Source: an uncultured Chloroflexia bacterium
GTDB lineage: Bacteria; Chloroflexota; Limnocylindria; Limnocylindrales; CSP1-4
Length of the DNA stretch: 64,000 nucleotides
NCBI GenBank assembly: GCA_963734535.1
Contig: CAVTHS010000003.1
Coordinates: forward strand, 160,001 to 224,000
Reading direction: 5' to 3'
Of the stretch, positions 30,315-40,001 are shown piece after piece. The notes under the pieces are model-generated. The model saw nothing but the letters and a program-made list of their open reading frames with translations. It was not told the DNA's origin and made no database searches. Made by a program: the position numbers and the translations under genes. The stretch's first letter is position 1; the number at the start of each line of letters is the position of its first letter.

Positions 30315-31698
30315 GTGACGGACGCCGCCCTCGAGTCTCACCTCGTCGCGACCGCGGAGCGGCGCCTCGCGCGATATCTCGACTTTCTCCGGATCCCGAG
30401 CATCAGCGGGATCCCCGAGCACGCCGCGGATTGCCGTCGGGCGGCAGACCAGCTGGCCGGCGACCTTCGGGCCGCGGGCCTCGAGCACGTTGACGTCAGC
30501 GAGACGGGCGGGCACCCGGTCGTGTACGCCGACTGGCTCCACGCGGCCGGTGCGCCGACGGTGCTCCTGTACGGCCACTACGATGTCCAGCCCGTCGATC
30601 CGCTCGACGAGTGGCAGTCGCCGCCGTTCGAGCCGATCGTGCGGGACGGGCGCGTCCTCGCCCGCGGCGCGTCCGACGACAAGTCGAACATCTCCATCGC
30701 GCTGGCGGCCGCCGAGGCCCTTCTCGCCACGCGTGGCGCGCTCCCGGTCAACCTGCGCTTCGTCTTCGAGGGCGAGGAGGAATTCGAGCTCCGTCCACCT
30801 GGAGCCGTGGCTGGCCGGGAACGCTGCGCGGCTCGCGGCCGACGTGGCCCTCGTCGCGGACTCCGGCTTCTTCGCCGGGAACCTTCCCGCGATCACGGTG
30901 GGCCTGCGGGGCCTGGCGGCGGCCGAGATCCACGTCCGCGGACCGTTCCAGGACGTCCACTCGGGTGTCTTCGGTGGCGCGATCGAGAACCCGATCAACG
31001 CGCTCGCCTCGATCATCGCCGGGCTCAAGGGCGCCGATGGCCGGATCCGCATCCCGGGCTTCTACGACGACGTCGTGGCCCTCTCGGACGCGGAGCGGGT
31101 CGGGTTGGCAGCCCTCCCGCTCGACGAGGAGGCGCTCCGCGTCGAGCTCGACGTCCCCGCGCTCGTCGGAGAGTCCGGCTGGACGACGACGGAGCGGCGC
31201 GGCGCTCGCCCGACCCTGGACGTGAACGGGATCTGGGGCGGCTTCTCGGGGGAGGGCACCAAGACGATCATTCCCGGACGTGCCCACGCCAAGATCACCT
31301 GCCGGCTGGTCGCGAACCAGGACCCGGACCGCATCTTCACCCACCTCCGCGACTACGTGATGCAGATCGCGCCGCCCGGCGTCCGCGTCGAGGTGGTCTC
31401 GGCCGGCGGCGGACGGCCGACGCTGACGCCGCACGACCAGCCGGCAACCCGGGCATTTGCGCGCGCCCTCGAGGCGACGTTCGGCCGCGCGCCCCTGTTC
31501 GTCCGGGAAGGCGGCTCCATCCCCGTGGCGGCCAGCTTCGCCTCGATCCTGGGCCTGCCCGTCACGGTCATGGGGTTCATGCCGCCCAACGGCAACTTCC
31601 ACGCTCCGAACGAGTGGATGGACATGGGGAACTTCGAGACGGGGATCCGGGCGCTCGCGGCGTTCTTCGACGAGTTCGCGGCGAATCCGGGGGCGTAG
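30315..31698 (+). CDS. M20 dipeptidase (CNDP/Dug1-like); apparent +1 frameshift near 30783
   Basis: YGHYDVQP, RGASDDK, EGEEE, then GLRG, DVHSG, REGGSIP, HAPNE in the next frame. Confidence 0.88.
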
Positions 31699-31822
31699 GC
31701 GCGACCCGGAGGTCCGGGACGCCGGGGGCACTTCCGAGGGGTGATCCGGCACCGGCCCGGTGCTACGATGGCCGGACGGGGACGATCCCGTTGCCTCGGC
31801 ATTCCAGGGAGCGTGATACCGC

Positions 31823-32902
31823 GTGAGCACCGAGATGGAGCGCCCAGCCACCGGGCCCAACGCCGAGTGGCGCCTCGATTCGTCGACCGGGAGCCTGGTC
31901 CCCCGCTCGGCCCTGGACGTGCTGGTCGACCTCAACGATCGGATCTCGAGCGGGAACCTGGCTGACTACCAGGCCGTGCCCCTCGGCTTCACCCCGCTCG
32001 ACAAGACGATCGGCGGCGGCGTCCGCCCGGGCGAGCTCCTGCTCATCGGCGGGGCCCAGGGCACCGGAAAGACGACGATGGCGCTCCAGATGGCGCGCAA
32101 CGTCGCGTCGGGCGGGCAGGCCAACGTCCTCTACATCTGCTTCGAGCACGAAGAGCACTACCTGCTCAACCGGATGATCGCGATGGAGTCGGCGCTTGCT
32201 CACCTGCCGCATCGAACCGGCGCGATCAAGATCCAGGATGTCCGGCGCGAGATCCTCGGGTCGTGGGTCGCCGAGGGTCAGGGTGGTCCCGTGCTCGCCT
32301 CGAATCCGCGGCTCCGGCCAAGCCTGGACCGGATCGGCCGCTACGGGCAGAACCTCTTCCTGATGCGCGGCACCCAGACGGCGAGCACGATCGACAACAT
32401 CCGGCTTCTCGTCCAGAAGCACCGCGCCATGTCGGGGGATCGCCAGCTGCTCGTGATGGTCGACTACCTGCAGAAGGTGCCGCAGTACCCGGAGCCGAGC
32501 TCCGAGACCGAGAAGGTCACCTTCGTGGTGAACGGTCTCAAGGACATCGCGCTCTCGGAGCAGGTCGGCATGGTGGCGATCGTGGCGGCAGACAAGGAGG
32601 GCCTCAAGGCCTCCCGATTGCGGAACCACCACCTCCGCGGTTCGTCGGCCATCAACTACGAGGCCGACATCATCCTCATCCTCAACGAGAAGTACCAGAT
32701 CGTCGCCAAGGTGAACATCGAGTTCAACCCGTACCAGGCGCAGCGCTTCAGGGACTGGATCATCGTCTCGGTGGAGAAGAACCGGGGTGGCCAGGACAAC
32801 GTCGACGTGGAGTTCGAGAAGCACTTCGAGTTCTCCTGCTTCGACCCGAACGGTCGGACGGTGCAGGAGAAGCTGATCGAGGAGCGCCTCTACAACGACT
32901 GA
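31823..32902 (+). CDS. Stand-alone DnaB-like (SF4/RecA-fold) helicase C-terminal domain protein
   Basis: GFTPLD, GGAQGTGKT, ICFE, VDYLQ, LKDIA, LRGSSAINYEAD, KNRGG; no DnaB N-terminal domain. Confidence 0.8.
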   Translation: MSTEMERPATGPNAEWRLDSSTGSLVPRSALDVLVDLNDRISSGNLADYQAVPLGFTPLDKTIGGGVRPGELLLIGGAQGTGKTTMALQMARNVASGGQANVLYICFEHEEHYLLNRMIAMESALAHLPHRTGAIKIQDVRREILGSWVAEGQGGPVLASNPRLRPSLDRIGRYGQNLFLMRGTQTASTIDNIRLLVQKHRAMSGDRQLLVMVDYLQKVPQYPEPSSETEKVTFVVNGLKDIALSEQVGMVAIVAADKEGLKASRLRNHHLRGSSAINYEADIILILNEKYQIVAKVNIEFNPYQAQRFRDWIIVSVEKNRGGQDNVDVEFEKHFEFSCFDPNGRTVQEKLIEERLYND

Positions 32903-33004
32903 TCGCGCCGGGGGCGCCGGGAGCGGGGACTGCTCCGGCCCCACCCCGCGGGCCGATCGTCATCCCGGGCTGCGCAGGCTGGTCCGGTGTCGTATCGTCC
33001 CGCC

Positions 33005-33523
33005 ATGACCGCATCCCATCGCGCTGACTTCCCGGATACCGTCGAGATCGTGGTCGAGATCCCCCGCGGGAGCCGCAACAAGTACGAGTTCGACGAGGAA
33101 GCGGGGGTCTTCCGGCTGGATCGGATCCTGTCCTCGGCCGTCTTCTACAACTTCGACTACGGCTTCATCGAGGAAACGCGGGCTGCCGACGGGGATCACA
33201 CGGACGCACTCCTGATCATCGACGCGCCGACATTCACCGGCTGTCACGTCTGGGGCCGGCCGATCGGCGGGCTCGAGATGAGCGACGAGAACGGCTTCGA
33301 TTTCAAGGTCCTGTGCGTCGCGATCGGCGACCCCCACCAGGCCCACATCTTCCGCCTCGACCAGGTTCGACCGCATCGACTGGTGGAGATCGAGCACTTC
33401 TTCCAGACCTACAAGCTGCTCGAGAAGAAGGAGACCGAGGTCGTCGGCTGGCGCGACCGGGACGACGCCCTCGACATCCTCCGCGCGGACCGGGCGACGT
33501 GGGGTCGCGAGCACGCCCGATGA
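33005..33523 (+). CDS. ppa: Inorganic pyrophosphatase (family I)
   Basis: EIPRGSRNKYE, LDR, DYGFI, DGDHTD, EIEHFFQTYK. Confidence 0.93.
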   Translation: MTASHRADFPDTVEIVVEIPRGSRNKYEFDEEAGVFRLDRILSSAVFYNFDYGFIEETRAADGDHTDALLIIDAPTFTGCHVWGRPIGGLEMSDENGFDFKVLCVAIGDPHQAHIFRLDQVRPHRLVEIEHFFQTYKLLEKKETEVVGWRDRDDALDILRADRATWGREHAR

Positions 33524-34200
33524 CCCGGGCCGGTCCCGAGCGCTGGGTCCGCCCGCTCGCGCCCGGCGAGCGGCGCCTGTTCATCGCGGTCCCGCTCGGC
33601 GACGCCGCGCGCGAGGCGGTTGCCCGCCTGATGGCCGCTCTCGGCGCGCCGCCCGACGGCGGTCGCGACCCGGATCCGGCCGCACCGCCGTCGGCCCGGC
33701 TGCGCTGGGTCCGCTCCACGAACCTGCACCTGACGCTCCGCTTCCTCGGTGCCACGGCCGCCGCGTCCCTGCCCGCGCTCGAGGCGGCCGTGGATCGGAC
33801 GGCCGGTGCCATGCGCCCGTTCGCGGCCCGCCTCGCGGGAGCGGGAGCCTTCCCGTCGCCGGCGCGGCCCCGCGCCGTCTTCCTGCGGGTCGGCGACGGT
33901 GCGGGTGATCTCGGGGGGCTCGCGGATCGGCTCTCGACGGAGCTCACCGAGGCCGGCTGGCCGCCGGCCGAGCGCCCCTTCGCGGCGCACCTGACGCTCG
34001 CGCGCTCGGATGGCGTGCCGGGTGCATCCGCTGCGGTCGAGGCGCTCAGCTCGGCAGCGGCGTCACTCGACGCGGCCTGGACGGTCGACCGGATCGTCCT
34101 CTTCGAGAGCGTCCTCGGTGGCGGTCCCGCCCGCTACGTGCCGCTCCGGACGGCACCGCTTGACGGCGCCGCCTTGCGAGACCCGGGCGGCGCGTTGTAG
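33520..34200 (+). CDS. thpR: RNA 2',3'-cyclic phosphodiesterase (2H family)
   Basis: RLFIAV and two HLT motifs (HLTLRFLG, HLTLAR); ATGA overlap with ppa. Confidence 0.9.
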   Translation: MTRAGPERWVRPLAPGERRLFIAVPLGDAAREAVARLMAALGAPPDGGRDPDPAAPPSARLRWVRSTNLHLTLRFLGATAAASLPALEAAVDRTAGAMRPFAARLAGAGAFPSPARPRAVFLRVGDGAGDLGGLADRLSTELTEAGWPPAERPFAAHLTLARSDGVPGASAAVEALSSAAASLDAAWTVDRIVLFESVLGGGPARYVPLRTAPLDGAALRDPGGAL

Positions 34201-34272
34201 CCTCGTGCCCCGCACGGCGACGGGGCGGTCCCGGACACTTCCACCTCGCGACAGACCCCAGGAGATGCGCGC

Positions 34273-35637
34273 ATGGCGACCAACCGGACCAAGTTCGTGC
34301 TCGACGAGGAGCGCATCCCGCGCGCCTGGTACAACATCGCCGCCGACCTGCCCTCACCGCCGCCGCCTGCGCTCCACCCCGGCACCATGCAGCCGCTCGG
34401 GCCCGCCGATCTCGCGCCGCTCTTCCCGATGGCTCTCATCGCGCAGGAGGTCAGCACGGAGCGGGAGATCGAGATCCCGGAGCCGGTCCGCGACGCCTAC
34501 CGCCTGTTCCGGCCCAGCCCGCTCTTCCGGGCGCACCGGCTGGAGAAGGCGCTCGATACGCCCGCGCACATCTACTACAAGTACGAGGGCCTGAGCCCGG
34601 CCGGAAGCCACAAGCCGAACACGGCGATCCCGCAGGCGTTCTACAACGCCGAGGCGGGCGTCAAGCGCCTGGCAACCGAGACCGGCGCGGGCCAGTGGGG
34701 GACGGCACTCTCGATCGCCGGGGCGCTGTTCGGTCTCGAGGTCAAGGTCTACATGGTCCGGGCGAGCTACGACCAGAAGCCGTATCGCCGGATGCTGATG
34801 GAGGTGTACGGCGCCTCGGTCGTGGCAAGCCCGTCGCTGACCACCAACTACGGGCGGGCCGTGCTCGCCGTGACCCCCGACAACCCAGGATCGCTCGGGA
34901 TGGCGATCAGCGAGGCCGTCGAGGACGCCGCGACCCGCGACGACACGAAGTACGCGCTGGGATCCGTCCTCAACCACGTCCTGCTGCACCAGACGGTCGT
35001 GGGCCAGGAGGCAATCCTCCAGATGGAGATGGCCGGCGAGGAGCCGGACATCGTGATCGCGTGCGCCGGCGGCGGGTCCAACTTCGGTGGGATCGCATTC
35101 CCGTTCGTGGGGCGGATGCTCCGGGGCGAGGCATCGTACCGCGTGATCGCCGCCGAACCCGCGGCGGCGCCGTCCCTGACCCGTGGCGTCTACGCATACG
35201 ACTACGGCGACACCGCGCACATGGCCCCGATCGTCAAGATGCACACGCTCGGCAGCGAGTTCATCCCGGAGCCGATCCATGCCGGCGGCCTGCGCTATCA
35301 CGGCATGGCGCCGATGGTCAGCCTGCTCAAGGATCTCGGCAAGATCGAGGCACGGGCCGTGCACCAGAACTCGACCTTCGCCGCGGGCGTCCAGTTCGCC
35401 AGGACGGAGGGGATCCTCCCGGCGCCCGAGTCGAACCACGCGATCCGCGTCGCGATCGACGAGGCGCTGAAGGCCAGGGAGGAAGGGGTAGCCCGCGTCA
35501 TCCTCTTCAACCTCTCGGGGCACGGGCACTTCGACCTGACTGCCTACGAGCGGTACCTGTCGGGCGCCCTCGAGGATTTCGAGTACCCGACCGAGCGGGT
35601 CGCCCACGCGCTGGCGGCGTTGCCCGTCGTCGGCTGA
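34273..35637 (+). CDS. trpB2: Stand-alone tryptophan synthase beta-like protein (TrpB2)
   Basis: [17 protein letters not shown] (PLP Lys), [31 protein letters not shown]; no trpA adjacent. Confidence 0.92.
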   Translation: MATNRTKFVLDEERIPRAWYNIAADLPSPPPPALHPGTMQPLGPADLAPLFPMALIAQEVSTEREIEIPEPVRDAYRLFRPSPLFRAHRLEKALDTPAHIYYKYEGLSPAGSHKPNTAIPQAFYNAEAGVKRLATETGAGQWGTALSIAGALFGLEVKVYMVRASYDQKPYRRMLMEVYGASVVASPSLTTNYGRAVLAVTPDNPGSLGMAISEAVEDAATRDDTKYALGSVLNHVLLHQTVVGQEAILQMEMAGEEPDIVIACAGGGSNFGGIAFPFVGRMLRGEASYRVIAAEPAAAPSLTRGVYAYDYGDTAHMAPIVKMHTLGSEFIPEPIHAGGLRYHGMAPMVSLLKDLGKIEARAVHQNSTFAAGVQFARTEGILPAPESNHAIRVAIDEALKAREEGVARVILFNLSGHGHFDLTAYERYLSGALEDFEYPTERVAHALAALPVVG

Positions 35638-35643
35638 GCGCGC

Positions 35644-35673
35644 GTCGGGGCGCCGTCTCCACGGCGCCCCGAC
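35644..35673 (+). terminator. Perfect 13-bp hairpin after trpB2
   Basis: GTCGGGGCGCCGT-ctcc-ACGGCGCCCCGAC; no U-tract. Confidence 0.55.
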
Positions 35674-35692
35674 CGCGGCGTACGATGCGGGC

Positions 35693-35935
35693 ATGCCCCG
35701 TCTTGCCTGCTGGTCGTGCGGCCGGAACATCTACGCGACGTCGCCGCTCGAGTCGCTCTTCGCCGAGGAGCGCCGGTGTCCGCGCTGCGGCGTGGCCATG
35801 AACCTCGAGCGTCGCGACATCGAGCGCCGCGAGCAGCTCCGCCGCCAGAATCCTCCCGCCGACCCCGGGCCGCCGCCCGACGGAGAGCGCCGCGTCGTGG
35901 AGCGGCGGTCCGTCCAGCGACGCCGCGGGCGGTAG
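35693..35935 (+). CDS. Small Zn-ribbon protein with Arg-rich ERR repeats
   Basis: CWSC...CPRCG; own TACGAT -10 6 nt before ATG; fills the trpB2-tyrA gap. Confidence 0.75.
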   Translation: MPRLACWSCGRNIYATSPLESLFAEERRCPRCGVAMNLERRDIERREQLRRQNPPADPGPPPDGERRVVERRSVQRRRGR

Positions 35936-35972
35936 CGCCTCGCGCACGGCAGCCCGGAACGGGACGCGTCCC

Positions 35973-36854
35973 ATGCACGTCACCTTCCTCGGGCTCGGCC
36001 TGATCGGCGGCTCCGTGGCCCGTGCGCTGCGCGAGGCCGGGGGCTGGACGACGGCGGCATGGACGCCGACGGGAGCGGGACCGGCGCTGGCCCTGGCATC
36101 GGGAACGATCGACGCCGCGCCGGATGACCTCGAGGGTGCCCTCGCAGACGCGGACATGGTGGTGCTCGCGGCGCCGCCGACCGCGTGCCTCGCGCTGCTC
36201 GACCGGCTGGCCGGCGAGGCACGCCGCGCGCTCCCGGCCGCGGCCGTCGTGACCGACGTGGCCAGCACGAAGGCGCTCATCGTCGACCGGGCCGGCTCCC
36301 TCGGCCTGCGGTTCGTGGGCGGCCACCCCATGGCCGGCCGGGAGACGAGCGGCTTTCCCGCCGCGACCGCGACGCTCTTCGTGGGTCGGCCGTGGGTCGT
36401 GGTCCCAGGCGATCCCGCCGACGGCGCGGCCATCGAGCGGGTCGAGCGGCTTGCGCGCGCCACGGGTGCCGTCCCGATTCGGATGGACGCGGTGGCGCAC
36501 GACGCCGCCGTCGCGATGATCAGCCACCTCCCGATGGTGGCGGCGGCAGCGCTCGTGGAGGCGGCGGCCGGCATGGCCGGGGAAGCGCCGCCAGCGGGCT
36601 GGCCCGCAGCCGCGGCCCTCGCGGCATCCGGCTGGCGCGATGCCACGCGACTCGCTCGAGGTGACGCGACGATGGGAGCCGGGATCGCCGTCACGAACGC
36701 CACGGCGCTCGCCGCCGGGCTCCGGGCGTACCGGGACCGGATCGACGGATGGCTCGCGCTGCTCGAGGCGTCGGAGCCCGGCGGGCTCCCCGACGAGGCC
36801 GCGATCCGGGCGCGCCTCGCCTCGGCGCGCGACCGCCTCGGCGGCCCCGGCTGA
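35973..36854 (+). CDS. tyrA: Prephenate/arogenate dehydrogenase
   Basis: GLGLIGGS, TDVASTK, GGHPMAG.E, HDAAVAMISHLP, GWRDATRLA. Confidence 0.9.
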   Translation: MHVTFLGLGLIGGSVARALREAGGWTTAAWTPTGAGPALALASGTIDAAPDDLEGALADADMVVLAAPPTACLALLDRLAGEARRALPAAAVVTDVASTKALIVDRAGSLGLRFVGGHPMAGRETSGFPAATATLFVGRPWVVVPGDPADGAAIERVERLARATGAVPIRMDAVAHDAAVAMISHLPMVAAAALVEAAAGMAGEAPPAGWPAAAALAASGWRDATRLARGDATMGAGIAVTNATALAAGLRAYRDRIDGWLALLEASEPGGLPDEAAIRARLASARDRLGGPG

Positions 36855-36855
36855 C

Positions 36856-37498
36856 ATGGGAGATCCGCCGGGGGAGTCCGTGCTGGTCGTCCCGCGCGCG
36901 GCCCTGATGGGGGCGTCCGGGTGGCGTGGAATCCTGGACCGGGGGACGGAGCCGTACCTGGCGGTCATCGAGCGACGACGGCCGCTTCGCTCCGCGCGCG
37001 CCCATGGAGACCGACCCGAGCTTCAAGCAGGTCATCCCGTACCTGGTCCTGCGTGACAGCGGCGACTACTTCCTGATGCGGCGAACACGGGCCGGCGTCG
37101 ACGCGCGCCTCCACGACCGGTTCTCGATCGGGGTTGGCGGCCACCTCAACCCGGGCGACGTGGACCTGGCCGGCGGCCTGGCCCGCGAGTGGGCCGAGGA
37201 GATCGAAGCCACCTTCGTCCCGGAGTTCCGCCTCGTCGGCCTGCTCAACGACGACGAGACCGACGTGGGCCGCGTCCACGTCGGCGTGGTCTTCATCGCC
37301 GAGGCGGCCGGCCGGCCCGTCGCCGTCCGCGAGCGGCACAAGCTCGAAGGACGCTTCGTCCCGCCGGGCGACGTGCTGGCCGTCCACGAGCGGATGGAGT
37401 CCTGGAGCCAGCTCGTCTTCGACTTCGTGAGCGGCCGCGATGCCGGGGTCCGCGGCGGCACGCCGGGAGACGGCGACGAGACGCCGGATCCGTCCTGA
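36856..37498 (+). CDS. NUDIX-family phosphoesterase (COG4112-like); apparent +1 frameshift near 36972
   Basis: VLVVPR start; ETDPSFKQVIPY, SIGVGGHLN, REWAEE, NDD..VGRVH in the downstream frame. Confidence 0.8.
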
Positions 37499-37568
37499 CC
37501 GCGACGCCGGGCCGTCGCTCGCCGGGCCGCGACGCGCGGGTGCATACTGGCCGTTGAGCCGATTCCAG

Positions 37569-38921
37569 ATGCGCCGACCGATCGTCCTCGCCCGCTCCAT
37601 CCCGCTCGTGGTGGGAATGCTCGCGGTCGCGCTCGCCGCGTTCGCCGGCCCCGTCCACGGCGCAGATCCCGCCGTCGTCGTGCTGCCCACGACCGGCGAC
37701 GTCGACGGGGTGATGGCGCAGTTCCTCGCCGACGGCATCTCGCGGGCCGAACGCGAGGGCGCTCCCGCGGTCATCGTCGAGCTCAACACGCCCGGCGGAA
37801 GCCTCGAGTCGATGCAGAAGATCACGAGCACCTTCCTCGAGTCCCCGGTGCCCGTGATCGTGTGGGTGTCGCCGGCCGGCGGGCGGGCCGCGAGCGCAGG
37901 CACGTTCATCACGCTTGCCGCAAACCTCGCGTTCATGGCGCCCGGGACGAACATCGGCGCGGCGAGCCCGATCGACAGCAGCGGTGCGGACATCCCGGGG
38001 ACGCTCGGCGTGAAGGTCAAGAACGACGCCATCGCGAACATCTCGGCCATCGCCCAGGCGCGCGGGCGACCGGTTGCGTGGGCTGCCTCGACGGTCAGCG
38101 ACGCGAAGAGCTACTCCGCGGCCGAGGCGGTCGCTGCCGGGGGTGTCGACGGGATCGCGGCGACCGAGGCGGACGTGCTGGCGGCGGCGAACGGAAGGAC
38201 CGTCACCGTGGCAGGTGGTCGGCCGGTGACGCTGGCCCTTGCCGGCGTGACGACCGAGGTGGTCGAGCTGAGCCCGTTCCAGGCGGTCCTCCGCGTGCTC
38301 GCGGACCCGAACCTTGCCTTCATCCTGTTCGTGGTCGGCATCCTCCTGCTCGCGCTCGAGCTCGGCAGCCCGAACCTCGTGACGGGCATCCTGGGCGCCT
38401 TCGCCATCCTCCTCGCCTTCATCGGGTTCACCGACCTGCCCCTCAACGTGGCCGGTCTCCTGCTCGTGGGCTTCGGCGTGGCGCTGCTGGTCCTCGAGAC
38501 CCACGTGACCAGCCATGGCCTGCTCGCGATCGCCGCGGCGGCATGCGTCGCGATCGGGGCGGCCAGCCTCTACGGCAGCCCGGGCGTGCCGAGCATGCCT
38601 GGCATCGAGGTCGCGCTGCCAGTCATCGTCGTGATGACCGGGATGACCGCCGCGTTCGGCGCGCTCATCACCCTGACCGCGTACCGGACCCGCCGGATGC
38701 GCTCCAGCACCGTGCTCGTGGGCAACCTGCGCGTCGCCGGTGAGGCCGCGGTCGTCTCGACCGAGATCAACCCGCTCGGCAGCGTGCACGCGGTCGGCGA
38801 GGAGTGGACCGCCCGCAGCGAGGATGGACGACCGCTCGCCCGCGGCGCTCGCGTCGAGGTCGTCCGCCAGGATGGGCTGACGTTGTACGTGTCCCCGGTC
38901 GAGCCCGGCTCGGCCACCTGA
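37569..38921 (+). CDS. nfeD: NfeD-family membrane-bound serine protease
   Basis: Signal peptide, LNTPGG, RAASAG, GTNIGAASP, TM bundle, C-terminal OB (GEEWTARS). Confidence 0.9.
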   Translation: MRRPIVLARSIPLVVGMLAVALAAFAGPVHGADPAVVVLPTTGDVDGVMAQFLADGISRAEREGAPAVIVELNTPGGSLESMQKITSTFLESPVPVIVWVSPAGGRAASAGTFITLAANLAFMAPGTNIGAASPIDSSGADIPGTLGVKVKNDAIANISAIAQARGRPVAWAASTVSDAKSYSAAEAVAAGGVDGIAATEADVLAAANGRTVTVAGGRPVTLALAGVTTEVVELSPFQAVLRVLADPNLAFILFVVGILLLALELGSPNLVTGILGAFAILLAFIGFTDLPLNVAGLLLVGFGVALLVLETHVTSHGLLAIAAAACVAIGAASLYGSPGVPSMPGIEVALPVIVVMTGMTAAFGALITLTAYRTRRMRSSTVLVGNLRVAGEAAVVSTEINPLGSVHAVGEEWTARSEDGRPLARGARVEVVRQDGLTLYVSPVEPGSAT

Positions 38922-38948
38922 CCCCGCAGCTCGAAAGGAGCGCCCCGC

Positions 38949-39875
38949 GTGGAAGTCGCCGTCCTCTTCGCGATCCTGGTGGCCGTCCTCTTCCTCGGCC
39001 TGCTGCTCCTGTACCTGTCCGTCCGGGTCGTCCAGCAGTACGAGAAGATGGTGGTCTTCCGGCTCGGCAAGACGAACGAGGCGCTCGTCCGCGGGCCGGG
39101 GCTCCGGTTCCTGATCCCGATCATCGACCGACCGGTGAAGGTCGACGTCCGCGAGCAGTTCATCGAGGTCCCCAGCCAGACCACGATCACCAAGGACAAC
39201 GCGCCGATCAACGTCGACTTCCTGATCTACTGGCGCATCAGCGACCCGCTCAAGAGCGTCGTCAACGTCGCCAACTTCAGCGGTGCGCTCCAGGGCGTCG
39301 CGACCACGACGCTGCGGGCCGTCATCGGCGACATCCTTCTCGACGAGGTCCTGTCCCGCCGCGAGCAGATCAACGAGGTGCTCCGCGTCAAGCTCGACGA
39401 GGTCACCGAGCGCTGGGGCGGCAAGGTCACGACGGTCGAGATTCGCGAGATCACGCCGCCGCGCGATGTCCAGGACGCGATGAACCGGCAGCTCTCGGCC
39501 GAACGGACCAGGCGTGCCGTGATCACCGAGTCGGAGGGCAAGCGCCAGTCCGAGATCAACATTGCCGAAGGGTCGAAGCAGGCTGCGATCCTCGACGCCG
39601 AGGGCCGGCGCCAGGCGCAGATCCTCGATGCCGAAGGGTTCAGCCAGGCGCTGGAGCGGATCTACGCCGCTGCGGCGGGCATCGACCAGAAGACGATGCT
39701 GCTGCAGTACCTCGAGGCCCTCAAGGCGCTCGGCGCGAGCCCGTCGACCAAGTTCGTCATCCCGACCGAGTTCACCCGGTTCCTCGAGCCCCTGGCGCTG
39801 ACGCTCGGGGCGGGCCTTGCGTCCGGGGCGGCGACCGGCACCCCGCCGACGCACCCGATGGGCGGCCCGGGCTGA
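38949..39875 (+). CDS. SPFH/stomatin (band 7) protein
   Basis: VVFRLG, GPGL, ITKDN, TTLRAVIG, AMNRQLSAER; canonical nfeD partner. Confidence 0.92.
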   Translation: MEVAVLFAILVAVLFLGLLLLYLSVRVVQQYEKMVVFRLGKTNEALVRGPGLRFLIPIIDRPVKVDVREQFIEVPSQTTITKDNAPINVDFLIYWRISDPLKSVVNVANFSGALQGVATTTLRAVIGDILLDEVLSRREQINEVLRVKLDEVTERWGGKVTTVEIREITPPRDVQDAMNRQLSAERTRRAVITESEGKRQSEINIAEGSKQAAILDAEGRRQAQILDAEGFSQALERIYAAAAGIDQKTMLLQYLEALKALGASPSTKFVIPTEFTRFLEPLALTLGAGLASGAATGTPPTHPMGGPG

Positions 39876-40001
39876 GGGCCCCCCGGGGAACCGCGGGGTT
39901 GCGGCGGCGGCGGTCCGCTATGATCGGCCGCGGGTGGGCCGTGGTCGAGCGGTCATGAGCATGATCGCGCTTCGGCACACGCGGTGAGCCAGGAAGGTCG
40001 G

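Noticed and set aside
34273-39875. Stand-alone trpB2 and the nfeD-SPFH pair as novel systems
   Set aside because: Both are well-described arrangements
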